From NCBI GenBank assembly GCA_030651475.1, contig JAUSEW010000027.1:173614-237613 (forward strand): 64,000 nt of DNA. The letters are read 5' to 3'. This stretch comes from Candidatus Levyibacteriota bacterium. Its GTDB lineage: Bacteria; Patescibacteriota; Microgenomatia; Levybacterales; UBA12049. The notes beneath the pieces are model-generated. The model was not told where the DNA came from. It worked only from the letters and a program-made list of their open reading frames with translations, and searched no databases. A program made the position numbers and the translations under genes. Below are positions 23,726 to 33,022 of the stretch, one piece after another (within the stretch, counting starts at the first letter, position 1; each line of letters begins with the position of its first letter).

Positions 23726-23757
23726 GGTTGATACTTCAACAAGATTCAGTATCAACC
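23726..23757. promoter_or_regulatory. perfect 10-bp inverted repeat GGTTGATACT-N12-AGTATCAACC, 20-50 bp upstream of polX; candidate operator
   Basis: Seen directly in the sequence. No T-run follows it, so it is unlikely to be an intrinsic terminator. Confidence 0.35.
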
Positions 23758-23823
23758 CTGAGCTTGTCGAATGGGTTGACGGTAGTTCAATAATTTGTTA
23801 GGATATGGAAGCTAACACAATAT

Positions 23824-23897
23824 GGGGTGGTAGCTCAGTTGGCTAGAGCGTCTCCCTGTCACGGAGAAGGTCGCGGGTCCGAGTCCCGTCCATCCCG
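23824..23897 (+). tRNA. tRNA-Asp (anticodon GTC)
   Basis: Cloverleaf: acceptor GGGGTGG/CCATCCC, anticodon stem TCTCC/GGAGA with loop CTGTCAC, T loop TCCGAGT. Confidence 0.85.
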
Positions 23898-23941
23898 CAT
23901 TTTACCTGCCTATCATTAATTTCTGCTCAGAAAGGAGAAAA

Positions 23942-24505
23942 GTGCCAAAAAGGAAAAAGTTTACATCAAATTCTAAACACACGGGTCTTTTCTTGGGGAT
24001 AATTGTAGTAGTTGTACTAGTTGTTCTTGGAATAATATTTATAAAAGGCAAAGGGAACATAATGCAAACAAGCTCGATTTCTACTCAAGATTTATCGCAA
24101 GCAGAACAAAATACGGAAAATACGCAACCATCGTTTTATATTGTTAAACAGGGCGACAGTCTTTGGAGCATTTCCGAAAACATATATAAATCAGGATATA
24201 ATTGGGTCGATATTGCAAAGGCAAACAAATTGGAAAACCCGGGATTGATATACGTAGGAACAAGATTGGAAATTCCAAAATTGCAAGCAAAAACGTCTGA
24301 AGCGAACGCAGAAAAATCTTTTGAGCAACCTGCAAACAGTTCCATTACGGGCAATACATATGCTGTTGTAAAAGGCGACAATTTGTGGGAAATTGCAGTT
24401 AGAGCGTATGGAGATGGATTCAGATGGGTTGATATTGCAAAAGCAAATAATCTTGTTAATCCAAACCTTATCCATTCAGGAAACATTTTCAAAATCCCGC
24501 GGTAA
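23942..24505 (+). CDS. membrane-anchored protein with two LysM peptidoglycan-binding domains
   Basis: N-terminal TM. Two repeats, YIVKQGDSLWSISENIY...WVDIAKANKLENPGLIYVGTRLEIP and YAVVKGDNLWEIAVRAYGDGFRWVDIAKANNLVNPNLIHSGNIFKIP. Confidence 0.85.
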   Translation: MPKRKKFTSNSKHTGLFLGIIVVVVLVVLGIIFIKGKGNIMQTSSISTQDLSQAEQNTENTQPSFYIVKQGDSLWSISENIYKSGYNWVDIAKANKLENPGLIYVGTRLEIPKLQAKTSEANAEKSFEQPANSSITGNTYAVVKGDNLWEIAVRAYGDGFRWVDIAKANNLVNPNLIHSGNIFKIPR

Positions 24506-24526
24506 AACTAGCGTTTAGTTTTTTGA
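24506..24526 (+). terminator. weak A/T-rich hairpin AAAACTA-gcgtt-TAGTTTT followed by a T-run, after the LysM gene
   Basis: Seen directly. The stem is all A-T/G-C poor, so strength is doubtful. Confidence 0.25.
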
Positions 24527-24602
24527 TATACTCGATGTGTAAGTTTGCGCTTGCGCTCTTGCCCTGAGAGTTTAGTCGAAGGGGAAAAGCGTAAGCTTTG
24601 AA

Positions 24603-24673
24603 GCGGGATTAGTACACTGGCAGTATGCTACCTTCCCAAGGTAGAGAAGCGAGTTCGATTCTCGTATCCCGCT
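24603..24673 (+). tRNA. tRNA-Gly (anticodon CCC)
   Basis: Cloverleaf: acceptor GCGGGAT/ATCCCGC, anticodon stem CTACC/GGTAG with loop TTCCCAA, T loop TTCGATT. Confidence 0.8.
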
Positions 24674-24761
24674 CAAGATTACCTAATAGGATTTTAATAA
24701 AAAATACCTCTTTAAATAAATATCAAAACCTGATACATTGTTATTTAGAATTTATTTTTAT

Positions 24762-25526
24762 ATGGCTGGCAATAGCAAAAAGCCAAAGGTTTCAATTGTA
24801 ATTCCTGCGCGCAATGAAGAAAAACATATTACAGAGTGTATATCTTCGGTAAAAAGGCAGACAACAAGTTTCCCATACGAAATTTTAGTTATTGATAACG
24901 CCTCAATAGACTCAACAGCGAAAATAGCAGAAAGTCTAGGAACTAAAGTTGTTTTCGAAAAACGCAAGGGGTTAAGTTTCGCAAGGCAAAAAGGATTGGA
25001 CTGCGCAAAAGGAGAATTTATAGTATATATAGATGCCGACACAAGGTTACCAGAGGATTGGATTAGCTATATGATTGGATATCTTGAAGAGCATCCGCGT
25101 CTTGTCGGCGCATCATGCAGTTTTCATTTCTATGACGGAAAGCCTATGGATGGAGTTGGAGTTTTCTTTTTCAAACAGATAGTAATCCCTATTGCCAGTT
25201 TACTCGTAAGGACTTTTAAACGGACAGACATTATTTTCGGCTGGGCATTTGTCGTAAGAGCCAACGCTCTAAGAAAAGCAGGGGGAATAAATAAAAAATT
25301 CATTTTTTACGGTGAGGATACGGGAATAGCGTACAGACTTCGCAGTCAGGGTAGGGTTAAGTTCCTTAAAAATAAGTACGCCCTAATTAGCGCCAGAAGG
25401 TATCAGCAAAAGGGAATAAAGAAATTTAGTATAATTTTTGACTGGACAATTTTCGTTTTAATGCTTTTGGGAATGCATAAAGAAGCAGAGCAAATATCAA
25501 AAGCATACTTATTTAGTAAAAAATAA
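24762..25526 (+). CDS. family 2 glycosyltransferase. Start at MAGNSKK
   Basis: GT-A fold signatures VSIVIPARNEE, VIDNASID, YIDADT (DxD). Confidence 0.8.
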   Translation: MAGNSKKPKVSIVIPARNEEKHITECISSVKRQTTSFPYEILVIDNASIDSTAKIAESLGTKVVFEKRKGLSFARQKGLDCAKGEFIVYIDADTRLPEDWISYMIGYLEEHPRLVGASCSFHFYDGKPMDGVGVFFFKQIVIPIASLLVRTFKRTDIIFGWAFVVRANALRKAGGINKKFIFYGEDTGIAYRLRSQGRVKFLKNKYALISARRYQQKGIKKFSIIFDWTIFVLMLLGMHKEAEQISKAYLFSKK

Positions 25527-25535
25527 AATTTGTCC

Positions 25536-25564
25536 TTGACGGGAAAAAATTATTCTGATAATAT
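25536..25564 (+). promoter_or_regulatory. sigma70-like promoter TTGACG-N17-TAATAT (extended TGn). The pyrG GTG start lies 6 nt downstream, so a leaderless transcript is predicted
   Basis: Consensus hexamers with 17-bp spacing, seen directly. Confidence 0.45.
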
Positions 25565-25569
25565 AAATC

Positions 25570-27225
25570 GTGCACACTAAGTATATTTTTGTTTCCGGAG
25601 GCGTAATTTCCGGCATAGGAAAAGGCACTACGGCGTCTTCCATCTCTCTTCTTCTCAAATCCGCAGGATATAGGGTCGCACCGATTAAATTCGAAAATTA
25701 TCTGAATGTTGACGCAGGAACGATAAACCCCATTGAACACGGGGATCCTTTTCTCTGCGAAGACGGAACAGAAGCAGATATGGACATAGGAAGTTATGAA
25801 AAATTCTTTGACGAAGATATGGGGAGAAATAATTTCGTCACAATGGGACAGATTTATAAAACAGTAATCGATAAAGAAAGAAAATTTGAATATAACGGCG
25901 AAGATGTGGAAGCGATTCCTCACATAACAGATGAAATTACGAGAAGAATAAACCTAGTTGCTGAAAAAAGTAAAGCGGATATCGTCGTAATAGAATTAGG
26001 AGGAACAGCAGGTGAATATCAAAACATTTTCTATTATGAAGCCTCAAGAATAATGACTTTAAGAAATCCGCAGGATGTAATCCATATTCATGTGAGTTAT
26101 GTTCCAACTCCTTCGCATATCGGAGAACCGAAAACCAAACCAACCCAGCTTTCAGTAAGAACGTTAAACTCAATGGGCATTCAGCCGGATTTTATCATCG
26201 CCCGTTCTGAAAAATACCTTGATCAGAGAAGAAAAGACAGGTTTGCGCTGTTTTGCAATATGCAGCCGGAAGATATTATTTCCAACCCTGATCTTCCTTC
26301 TGTTTACGAAGTGCCAATCGTTCTTCATAAACAGGAGCTTGATAAAAAAATTCTGCAAAAACTTCATTTATCCGTAAGGCAACCAAATCTTAAAAATTGG
26401 GAAGGATTCCTAAAAACAATTACGGCTAAAAAAGCAAAACAGATAGAAATTGCCATTATAGGCAAATATTTCGGCACAGGTGATTATCAGTTAAGAGATT
26501 CATATGCCGCTCTGTTTGATGCCATAGATCACGCAGGATGGAAACTTGGTTTTTCTGTAAAAACCAGATGGGTAGACGCTCAAAAAGTAGAAAAAGAAGG
26601 CGCTATGTCGCAGATAGGTAAACCTAACGGAATTATCGTGCCAATTGGCTGGGGCGAAAGGGGTGCGGAGGGAATGATCAAAGCCGTTTCATACGCAAGA
26701 ACAAATAAAATTCCTTACCTTGGACTTTGTTATGGCATGCAGCTTGCTGCTATATCTTTCGCTCGGGATATGCTGAATTTCAAAGATGCTAACACAACTG
26801 AAAATAATCCTAAAACAGCACATCCTGTAATTCATCTGATGCCGGCTCAAGAAAAGTTTATGAAAAATAGAGCGTATGGGGGTACGATGAGGCTTGGGAC
26901 ATGGGATGCAATTGTTAAAAAAGGAACACTTGCGTTTGATCTTTACAGCAAGTACGGCGGCCCAATAAATAAAAACACCGGGCTAACAAGCGAAAGACAT
27001 CGGCATAGATATGAATTTAATGATAAATACGCAAAGCAATTTGAACAGCAAGGTTTAATAATCAGCGCCAGATCCGTAAAGGAAAATTTGGCAGAAATAA
27101 TAGAATTGCCAAAAAACCTGCATCCGTTTTTTCTCGGAACACAGGGACATCCGGAATACAAAAGCAGACCATTAAAACCACACCCGATATTTTTAGGCTT
27201 CATAAATGCCTGCGGATTAAAATAA
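25570..27225 (+). CDS. pyrG: CTP synthase (GTG start)
   Basis: N-terminal KYIFVSGGVISGIGKGTTASS. C-terminal class I GATase with GLCYGMQ (Cys) and HPE motifs. Confidence 0.95.
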   Translation: MHTKYIFVSGGVISGIGKGTTASSISLLLKSAGYRVAPIKFENYLNVDAGTINPIEHGDPFLCEDGTEADMDIGSYEKFFDEDMGRNNFVTMGQIYKTVIDKERKFEYNGEDVEAIPHITDEITRRINLVAEKSKADIVVIELGGTAGEYQNIFYYEASRIMTLRNPQDVIHIHVSYVPTPSHIGEPKTKPTQLSVRTLNSMGIQPDFIIARSEKYLDQRRKDRFALFCNMQPEDIISNPDLPSVYEVPIVLHKQELDKKILQKLHLSVRQPNLKNWEGFLKTITAKKAKQIEIAIIGKYFGTGDYQLRDSYAALFDAIDHAGWKLGFSVKTRWVDAQKVEKEGAMSQIGKPNGIIVPIGWGERGAEGMIKAVSYARTNKIPYLGLCYGMQLAAISFARDMLNFKDANTTENNPKTAHPVIHLMPAQEKFMKNRAYGGTMRLGTWDAIVKKGTLAFDLYSKYGGPINKNTGLTSERHRHRYEFNDKYAKQFEQQGLIISARSVKENLAEIIELPKNLHPFFLGTQGHPEYKSRPLKPHPIFLGFINACGLK

Positions 27226-27238
27226 AGCAACTCGGGTG

Positions 27239-27267
27239 TTGAGAAAAATCCATTCTTATCGTATAAT
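27239..27267 (+). promoter_or_regulatory. sigma70-like promoter TTGAGA-N17-TATAAT. The rplS ATG lies 7 nt downstream, so a leaderless transcript is predicted
   Basis: Consensus hexamers, seen directly. Confidence 0.45.
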
Positions 27268-27273
27268 ACCAAT

Positions 27274-27558
27274 ATGATTGCGAAAATTAATTTTGTACCG
27301 GGAGATATAATCAGAGTATACGAAAAAATAAAAGAGGGAGAAAAATCCCGTATTCAAGTTTTTGAAGGTACGGTTTTGGGAATTAAGGGAAGGGCGGAAA
27401 ATAAAACTTTTATGATTAGAAAAGTAGTTGGTGATGTTGCAGTTGAAAAAATATGGCCAATTATGTCTCCAAATATAGAAAAAGTAGTAGTGAAAGAGCA
27501 CTCAAGAAAAAGAGTCCGCAGGGCTAAATTATATTATTTAAGAAATAAAATACAGTAA
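27274..27558 (+). CDS. rplS: 50S ribosomal protein L19
   Basis: FVPGDIIRVYEKIKEGEKSRIQVFEGTVLGIKG...AKLYYLRNK matches L19 throughout. Confidence 0.9.
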   Translation: MIAKINFVPGDIIRVYEKIKEGEKSRIQVFEGTVLGIKGRAENKTFMIRKVVGDVAVEKIWPIMSPNIEKVVVKEHSRKRVRRAKLYYLRNKIQ

Positions 27559-27566
27559 ACAGCTTA

Positions 27567-27932
27567 GTGAAGATTAATCAAACTACAGGAAAGAAAGGTG
27601 AAGACCTCGCAGAAAATTTTCTAAAAAAGAACGGTTTTAAGGTTATAGAAAGAAATTTTAACGGAAGGTACGGAGAACTAGATATAATTGCCCTGGACGA
27701 AGATGTTCTCGTTTTCGTAGAAGTTAAAACAAGAACCTCAAGCCAATTCGGTAATCCTCTGGAAGCGATAACTTCTTGGAAATTAAGAACATTAATTAAA
27801 ACCGCGCAATTTTATAAATTAACCCACCAAAACCTTCCTGATAGTTTGAGGATAGATGCTGTTGGCGTAGAGCTTTTCCCAAGCGGAGAATTAAAAAATA
27901 TCGAACTTGTGAAAAACATCAGCGGTTTTTAG
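27567..27932 (+). CDS. yraN: YraN/UPF0102 family endonuclease-like protein
   Basis: GEDLAENFLKKNGFKVIERNF..GELDIIALDEDVLVFVEVKTR is the PD-(D/E)xK-like YraN signature. Confidence 0.8.
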   Translation: MKINQTTGKKGEDLAENFLKKNGFKVIERNFNGRYGELDIIALDEDVLVFVEVKTRTSSQFGNPLEAITSWKLRTLIKTAQFYKLTHQNLPDSLRIDAVGVELFPSGELKNIELVKNISGF

Positions 27933-27942
27933 GAAATTGTTA

Positions 27943-28206
27943 TTAAGATTGAGGTGGAGTAGGAGGTTTATCTTTCCGATCGGAGGTCATAGCACTTATT
28001 ACTAGATTTCTACCGCCCAGTAAGCCTAAGACGACACCTGCGATAGAGATCAATACGTTTTTAACAGACGCATCATCATGAGAAAGCTTAACTATCCCAT
28101 CTATAAAAAGGGCAATCCCGATCCCAGTGGATAAAAGATTTGGTATGCTTTTTTTGACAAGCTGTATGGATTCTTTCATATGTCTTACTGCTGTTTCTTT
28201 ATTCAT
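27943..28206 (-). CDS. small hypothetical membrane protein (87 aa, 2 TM, Pro-rich tail)
   Basis: ORF with two hydrophobic helices. No recognisable motif. Confidence 0.35.
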   Translation of the reverse strand: MNKETAVRHMKESIQLVKKSIPNLLSTGIGIALFIDGIVKLSHDDASVKNVLISIAGVVLGLLGGRNLVISAMTSDRKDKPPTPPQS

Positions 28207-28246
28207 AGAAAAAGATTATATTGTAAGCTAGACTAAAATGCAATAA

Positions 28247-30250
28247 TTAGCGGTTTTTAATTAAGAGTATGTGATCTCTTAAGAGAGCGGCTTTTTCGAA
28301 GTTTAGATTTTGAGTGGCGATTTTCATTTCCTTCCTCAATTTTTTAATCAAACTTTCTTTTTCATCGGGAAGCAATACTTCTTTTTGGGAAAGATTAGTT
28401 AGGAAATCCAAACTATCTTTATATTTTTTATTTTCCGTAATCTCTTCATCGATTAATTTTGCCCTTATTCCTTTAAGAATTCCTACTGGTTTTTTATGGT
28501 ATTTTTTGTTGTAAGCAAGTTGAACTTTCCTTCTTCTTTCCACTTCATCAATCGCATTTTTCATTGATTTGGTAACAACATCGGCATACATAATAACTTG
28601 AGAATCAATATGTCTTGCCGCCCGTCCCATTGTTTGAATAAGTGAAGTCCGGCTTCGCAAAAAACCTTCTTTATCTGCATCCAAAATCGCAACCAGAGAA
28701 ACTTCAGGCAAATCCAAACCTTCACGAAGTAAATTAATTCCAACCAGCACATCATATTCCCCTTTCCTTAATCTATCCAGAATATCTTGTCTTTCCAGAG
28801 TTTGGATGTCAGAGTGGAGATAGGCAACCTTAATATTTTGTTCTTCCAAATACGAAGATAATTCCTCTGCCATTCTTTTGGTTAAGGTAGTTACCAAAAT
28901 TCTTTGTTTTTTGGAAACCCTTTGGTTAATTTCGCCAATCAAATCAATAATCTGACCTTTCGTTGGCTTAACTGTTACTTTTGGATCAACAAGATTAGTC
29001 GGACGGATCAACTGTTCGACGATCGCATCTTTTTCATTTGCCAGGGATAATTCGTATTCATCCGGAGTAGCACTAACATAAACTATTTGATTAAGTCTTT
29101 GCATTAATTCTGCAAATTTAAGCGGCCGATTATCCAGAGCCGAAGGAAGACGAAATCCATAATCTATCAATGTCTGTTTTCTTGATTGATCGCCGTTATA
29201 CATTCCTCTTAATTGGGGTAAAGCTATATGAGATTCATCAACGATAGTAAGAAAATCTTTTGCCGCATGATTAAAATAATCCAAAAGAGTATAAGGCGGC
29301 TGGCCTGGCGCTCTCCCATCAAAATATCTTGAATAATTTTCTATTCCGTTTACGTAACCAACTTCTCTAATCATTTCCAGATCGAAATTCGTCCTCTGTT
29401 TTAGTCTCTGGGCTTCCAAAGTTTTGCCGGACTGCTTCAGCAATTCAACTTGTTTTTCCATATCGCTTCTAATCATTGGAAAAACACTGTTGTAGGTTTG
29501 AGGATCAGTCATGTAATGTTTAGCAGGATATATCACAGTACCTTTCAGAATAGCGATGGTGTCTCCGGTTAAAGGACTAAATTCCGAAAGCTTGATGATT
29601 TTGTCGTTTTTGAGTTCGATTCTTATGCCTGTATCTTTATAAGCAGGAAAAAGATCTATTGTTTCGCCTCTTATCCTAAAACTCCCTCTCTCAAAAGCAT
29701 ATTCGTTACGATCGTACTGTAAATCAGTAAGGCGCAGCATAATTGATTTCATGCCAACATTGACTCCGGGCTTTAATTCAAGAACAAATTTTCCATACTC
29801 AACAGGGGAGCCTAAATTGTAGATACAAGAAACGGATGCGACTACAATAACATCTTTTCTGGTTAGAAGATTAGTTGTCGCAGAAAGTCTTAATTTATCA
29901 ATCTCTTCATTTATTTCCGCCTCTTTCTCTATATAGGTATCGCTTTGAGGAATATAGGCTTCCGGCTGATAATAGTCATAATATGAAACAAAATAAGATA
30001 CGGCATTCTTGGGAAAAAAGTCTCGAAACTCCTGATAAAGTTGCGCAGCCAGAGTTTTATTGTGCGAGATAACAAGCGTTGGCTTTTGGATTTTTTGAAT
30101 AACATTGGCCATCGTAAAGGTTTTTCCGCTGCCTGTAACTCCAAGAAGCACATTATTTCTGATATTTTTGCCAATATTATTAACAAGTTTTTTTATTGCT
30201 TGGGGTTGATCTCCGGTTGGTTTAAAATCCGAAACGAGTTTAAATTGCAT
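28247..30250 (-). CDS. uvrB: excinuclease ABC subunit B
   Basis: Helicase motif I GVTGSGKT and DEAH-like motifs. A UvrB-specific beta-hairpin region. C-terminal UVR domain. Confidence 0.95.
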   Translation of the reverse strand: MQFKLVSDFKPTGDQPQAIKKLVNNIGKNIRNNVLLGVTGSGKTFTMANVIQKIQKPTLVISHNKTLAAQLYQEFRDFFPKNAVSYFVSYYDYYQPEAYIPQSDTYIEKEAEINEEIDKLRLSATTNLLTRKDVIVVASVSCIYNLGSPVEYGKFVLELKPGVNVGMKSIMLRLTDLQYDRNEYAFERGSFRIRGETIDLFPAYKDTGIRIELKNDKIIKLSEFSPLTGDTIAILKGTVIYPAKHYMTDPQTYNSVFPMIRSDMEKQVELLKQSGKTLEAQRLKQRTNFDLEMIREVGYVNGIENYSRYFDGRAPGQPPYTLLDYFNHAAKDFLTIVDESHIALPQLRGMYNGDQSRKQTLIDYGFRLPSALDNRPLKFAELMQRLNQIVYVSATPDEYELSLANEKDAIVEQLIRPTNLVDPKVTVKPTKGQIIDLIGEINQRVSKKQRILVTTLTKRMAEELSSYLEEQNIKVAYLHSDIQTLERQDILDRLRKGEYDVLVGINLLREGLDLPEVSLVAILDADKEGFLRSRTSLIQTMGRAARHIDSQVIMYADVVTKSMKNAIDEVERRRKVQLAYNKKYHKKPVGILKGIRAKLIDEEITENKKYKDSLDFLTNLSQKEVLLPDEKESLIKKLRKEMKIATQNLNFEKAALLRDHILLIKNR

Positions 30251-30281
30251 AGTGACCTATTTTATCATACGTTTGCATATC

Positions 30282-30298
30282 TTTGTCATATTGACAAA
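30282..30298. promoter_or_regulatory. perfect 17-bp palindrome TTTGTCATATTGACAAA in the divergent uvrB/lexA intergenic region; candidate LexA operator. It overlaps the -35 of a TTGACA-N17-TATAAA promoter (30292-30320) that sits 6 nt upstream of the lexA ATG
   Basis: Seen directly. This is the arrangement of an autoregulated SOS promoter. The motif differs from both the E. coli CTGT-N8-ACAG and the Gram-positive GAAC-N4-GTTC boxes. Confidence 0.5.
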
Positions 30299-30326
30299 AT
30301 ACTCGAATTTTTCGTATAAAATATAC

Positions 30327-30956
30327 ATGCCTGGAGTTATTTATAAAAAAGAAAGGGAAGTTATAGAATTTTTAGCCCAATTTCAAAGGCAATACGGCTA
30401 TTCTCCAACTTTGGCTGAAATTGCAACTGCAACTGGTCACAAAAGCAACTCAACAGTGCATGCGCTTATAAGATCCCTTGTTGAGAAAGGGTATATCCAA
30501 AAAGTTGACGGCAACACAAGAGTGCTGAAAATAATAGATGAAAAGATTACGTTCAGCATGCTTGGAAGTTCAGCATCCATAGAGCTACCTTTGATGGGAT
30601 ATATAGCTGCAGGCAGGCCTCTGGAACCGCATAGCGACCCGAATGCTTCGTTTCATGTCTCTGCCTCCTTGCTGTCGGGTAAAAGAACAGCATACGTACT
30701 GCAAGTGAAGGGAAACTCAATGATAGAAGATGGAATTTTCGAGGGAGATTATGTGGTTATCGAGAAAGCAAATCAAGCTTCCAACGGAGACATTGTGGTT
30801 GCGCTTGTAGATAATAATCTCGCTACTCTTAAAAAGTTTTATAACGAGAACGGCAGGATTATTTTAAAACCGGCAAACGCGCAAATGGAGCCCATTTACC
30901 CAAATTTCTTGAGCATTCAAGGAAAAGTAGTCGGATTAGTGAGGAAATTTCAGTAA
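30327..30956 (+). CDS. lexA: LexA repressor (S24 peptidase). Start reassigned to MPGVIYKK
   Basis: N-terminal winged HTH (LAEIATATGHKSNSTVHALIRSLVEKGYI). C-terminal S24 domain with GNSM (Ser) and a Lys in the VVGLVRKF region. Divergent from uvrB. Confidence 0.9.
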   Translation: MPGVIYKKEREVIEFLAQFQRQYGYSPTLAEIATATGHKSNSTVHALIRSLVEKGYIQKVDGNTRVLKIIDEKITFSMLGSSASIELPLMGYIAAGRPLEPHSDPNASFHVSASLLSGKRTAYVLQVKGNSMIEDGIFEGDYVVIEKANQASNGDIVVALVDNNLATLKKFYNENGRIILKPANAQMEPIYPNFLSIQGKVVGLVRKFQ

Positions 30957-30963
30957 TCTTTTT

Positions 30964-31692
30964 TTAGTCGTTTAAGCCCTCTTTTTTAAATGTCTGTTGA
31001 ATCTCTTTATATGAAGTTTTTTCCTCTATTTTTTTCATATGTCCGGAGGCGTATTTATGCTTTACAAATTCAATAAGTATAGGAAGAAGAGAAATGAAGA
31101 CAATTCCTACTACTGCGTATTCAAAATTTTCTCTTACAAAGGGTATTTGTCCGAAAAAATATCCGGCAAATGTTAAACTTGTCACCCAAATAAATCCTCC
31201 AACAACGTTATATGACAGAAATGTTCCGTAATGCATCTTGCCTACACCGGCTACGAAAGGCGCGAATGTACGCACAATAGGAACAAAACGGGCAAGTATA
31301 ATTGTTTTTCCGCCATACTTCTTATAGAATTCATTTGTCTTCTCAAGATAAGACTTGTTAAATATTCGTGAATTCCCCTTGGTAAAAACGCGTGCGCCTA
31401 AATGATGACCAACCCAATAATTAACAGTATCGCCTAAAATAGCAGCGATTAATAATATAAAATATATGATTAAAATATTCAAATAGTTGCCTCCCGCAAG
31501 AGTTCCTGCGGCAAAAAGAAGAGAATCTCCGGGCAAAAAAGGCGTGACAACAAAACCTGTTTCCGCAAATATAATCAAAAATAAAATAATATAAGTAAAA
31601 GGACCAAATAGATTAATTATGGTTGCCAAAGACTCATCAACATGAAGAATGGAATTAATAATTTCCATTAAAAAATTATAACATAAATACAT
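30964..31692 (-). CDS. dedA: DedA/VTT-domain membrane protein
   Basis: GFVVTPFLPGDSLLFAAG matches the DedA motif. Polytopic. Confidence 0.8.
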   Translation of the reverse strand: MYLCYNFLMEIINSILHVDESLATIINLFGPFTYIILFLIIFAETGFVVTPFLPGDSLLFAAGTLAGGNYLNILIIYFILLIAAILGDTVNYWVGHHLGARVFTKGNSRIFNKSYLEKTNEFYKKYGGKTIILARFVPIVRTFAPFVAGVGKMHYGTFLSYNVVGGFIWVTSLTFAGYFFGQIPFVRENFEYAVVGIVFISLLPILIEFVKHKYASGHMKKIEEKTSYKEIQQTFKKEGLND

Positions 31693-31709
31693 AGGTTTGG
31701 TATAATAGC

Positions 31710-32408
31710 ATGATGAATGGTACTCTTTTTCTGGTTGCGACTCCTATTGGAAACCTACAAGATATTACTCTTAGAGCGATAAAAGTTTTACAAACAGTTG
31801 ATGTGATTGCCTGTGAGGATACCAGGAAAACAGGATTGCTTATGCAAAATATTCTTAAAGGAGACAGAAAGCCTCGTTTAATATCATATTACGAGCAGAA
31901 CGAATTATTGAGGATTCCGGAAATTATTAGCGCATTGAAAGATGGAATAGATATCGCGTTGGTTTCAGACGCCGGCACTCCTGCTGTTTCGGATCCGGGA
32001 TTTAAATTGATTAGAGAATGCATAAAAGAAAGAATAAGAGTCGAATCGATTCCCGGCCCATCTGCTGTAATATCGGCATTAGTTTCATCCGGTTTGCCAA
32101 CAGATAAATTTTTATTCCTTGGTTACCCTCCGAGAAAACCTGGACATAGAAAATCTTTATTTAATAATGTAAAGTCAGCATCTGCTCTTATAAAGTCAAC
32201 AATTATTTTCTTCGAAGCCCCTCATAAGATAATAAGAACCCTAGAGGAATTAAGGAAAATATTTGGAGATATAGATATTGTTATTGCTCGCGAATTAACG
32301 AAAATTCACGAAGAAATAAGGCGAGAAAAAATCTCAACTTCAATCGAACATTTTTCAAAAATAAACCCCAAAGGTGAGTTCGTAATCCTATTTAACACAG
32401 GTAACTAA
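31710..32408 (+). CDS. rsmI: 16S rRNA (cytidine1402-2'-O)-methyltransferase RsmI
   Basis: Tetrapyrrole-methylase fold N-terminus LFLVATPIGNLQDITLRAIKVLQTVDVIACEDTR. Confidence 0.85.
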   Translation: MMNGTLFLVATPIGNLQDITLRAIKVLQTVDVIACEDTRKTGLLMQNILKGDRKPRLISYYEQNELLRIPEIISALKDGIDIALVSDAGTPAVSDPGFKLIRECIKERIRVESIPGPSAVISALVSSGLPTDKFLFLGYPPRKPGHRKSLFNNVKSASALIKSTIIFFEAPHKIIRTLEELRKIFGDIDIVIARELTKIHEEIRREKISTSIEHFSKINPKGEFVILFNTGN

Positions 32409-33019
32409 TCTCCGGCGTTGACGACTTTTTTTGACGATACGTCTCCTTGAGGACTTATCTCATAAAAATATATTTGATCAAAAAGAATTTCTAGATTTTT
32501 TACTTCGTCATCAGAAAGGTTTTCTAGGTATTTAACTAAAGCCCTTAGAGAATTACCGTGCGCGACGATGAGGATATTTTTGCCCTCTTTTAGCTTAGGC
32601 AAAATTTCAGCTTCATAATAGGGGACTACTCGATTGTAAACGTCTTTTAATGATTCTCCATTTTCAATTGGTACATCCCAACCTCTTCGAATATTTTGAA
32701 ATTGTTCGTCTCCTACTTCTTTTTTTATCTCCCATTTATTCTTACCTGTATAAATTCCATAGTCGCGTTCATTTAAAGCTTTATCTTCAAAGGTAGGGAC
32801 ATCTATTCCCAAAACACTTTTTACTTCATTAAGTGTTTGTTTTGCGCGTATCAATACGGATGTGAAAGCAAAATTAATAGAAAAACCTTTTAATTTTTCT
32901 CCAACAAGCCTTGCCTGTTCTTTCCCTTTTTCGCTAAGGCCTATATCCGTAAGACCGGTCCAAATGCCTTTAGCGTTCCATTCCGATTCGCCGTGTCTGA
33001 CTAGAATAAGTTGTGACAT
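32405..33019 (-). CDS. gpmA: 2,3-bisphosphoglycerate-dependent phosphoglycerate mutase
   Basis: LILVRHGESEWNAKGIWTG with catalytic His. VAHGNSLRAL second His motif. Confidence 0.9.
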   Translation of the reverse strand: MSQLILVRHGESEWNAKGIWTGLTDIGLSEKGKEQARLVGEKLKGFSINFAFTSVLIRAKQTLNEVKSVLGIDVPTFEDKALNERDYGIYTGKNKWEIKKEVGDEQFQNIRRGWDVPIENGESLKDVYNRVVPYYEAEILPKLKEGKNILIVAHGNSLRALVKYLENLSDDEVKNLEILFDQIYFYEISPQGDVSSKKVVNAGD

Positions 33020-33022
33020 AAA

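Noticed and set aside
23706-23742. polX N-terminal extension (MLKYQPFGIIVL)
   Set aside because: The codons are TTG/TTA leucines, and the downstream ATG gives the canonical PolX N-terminus.
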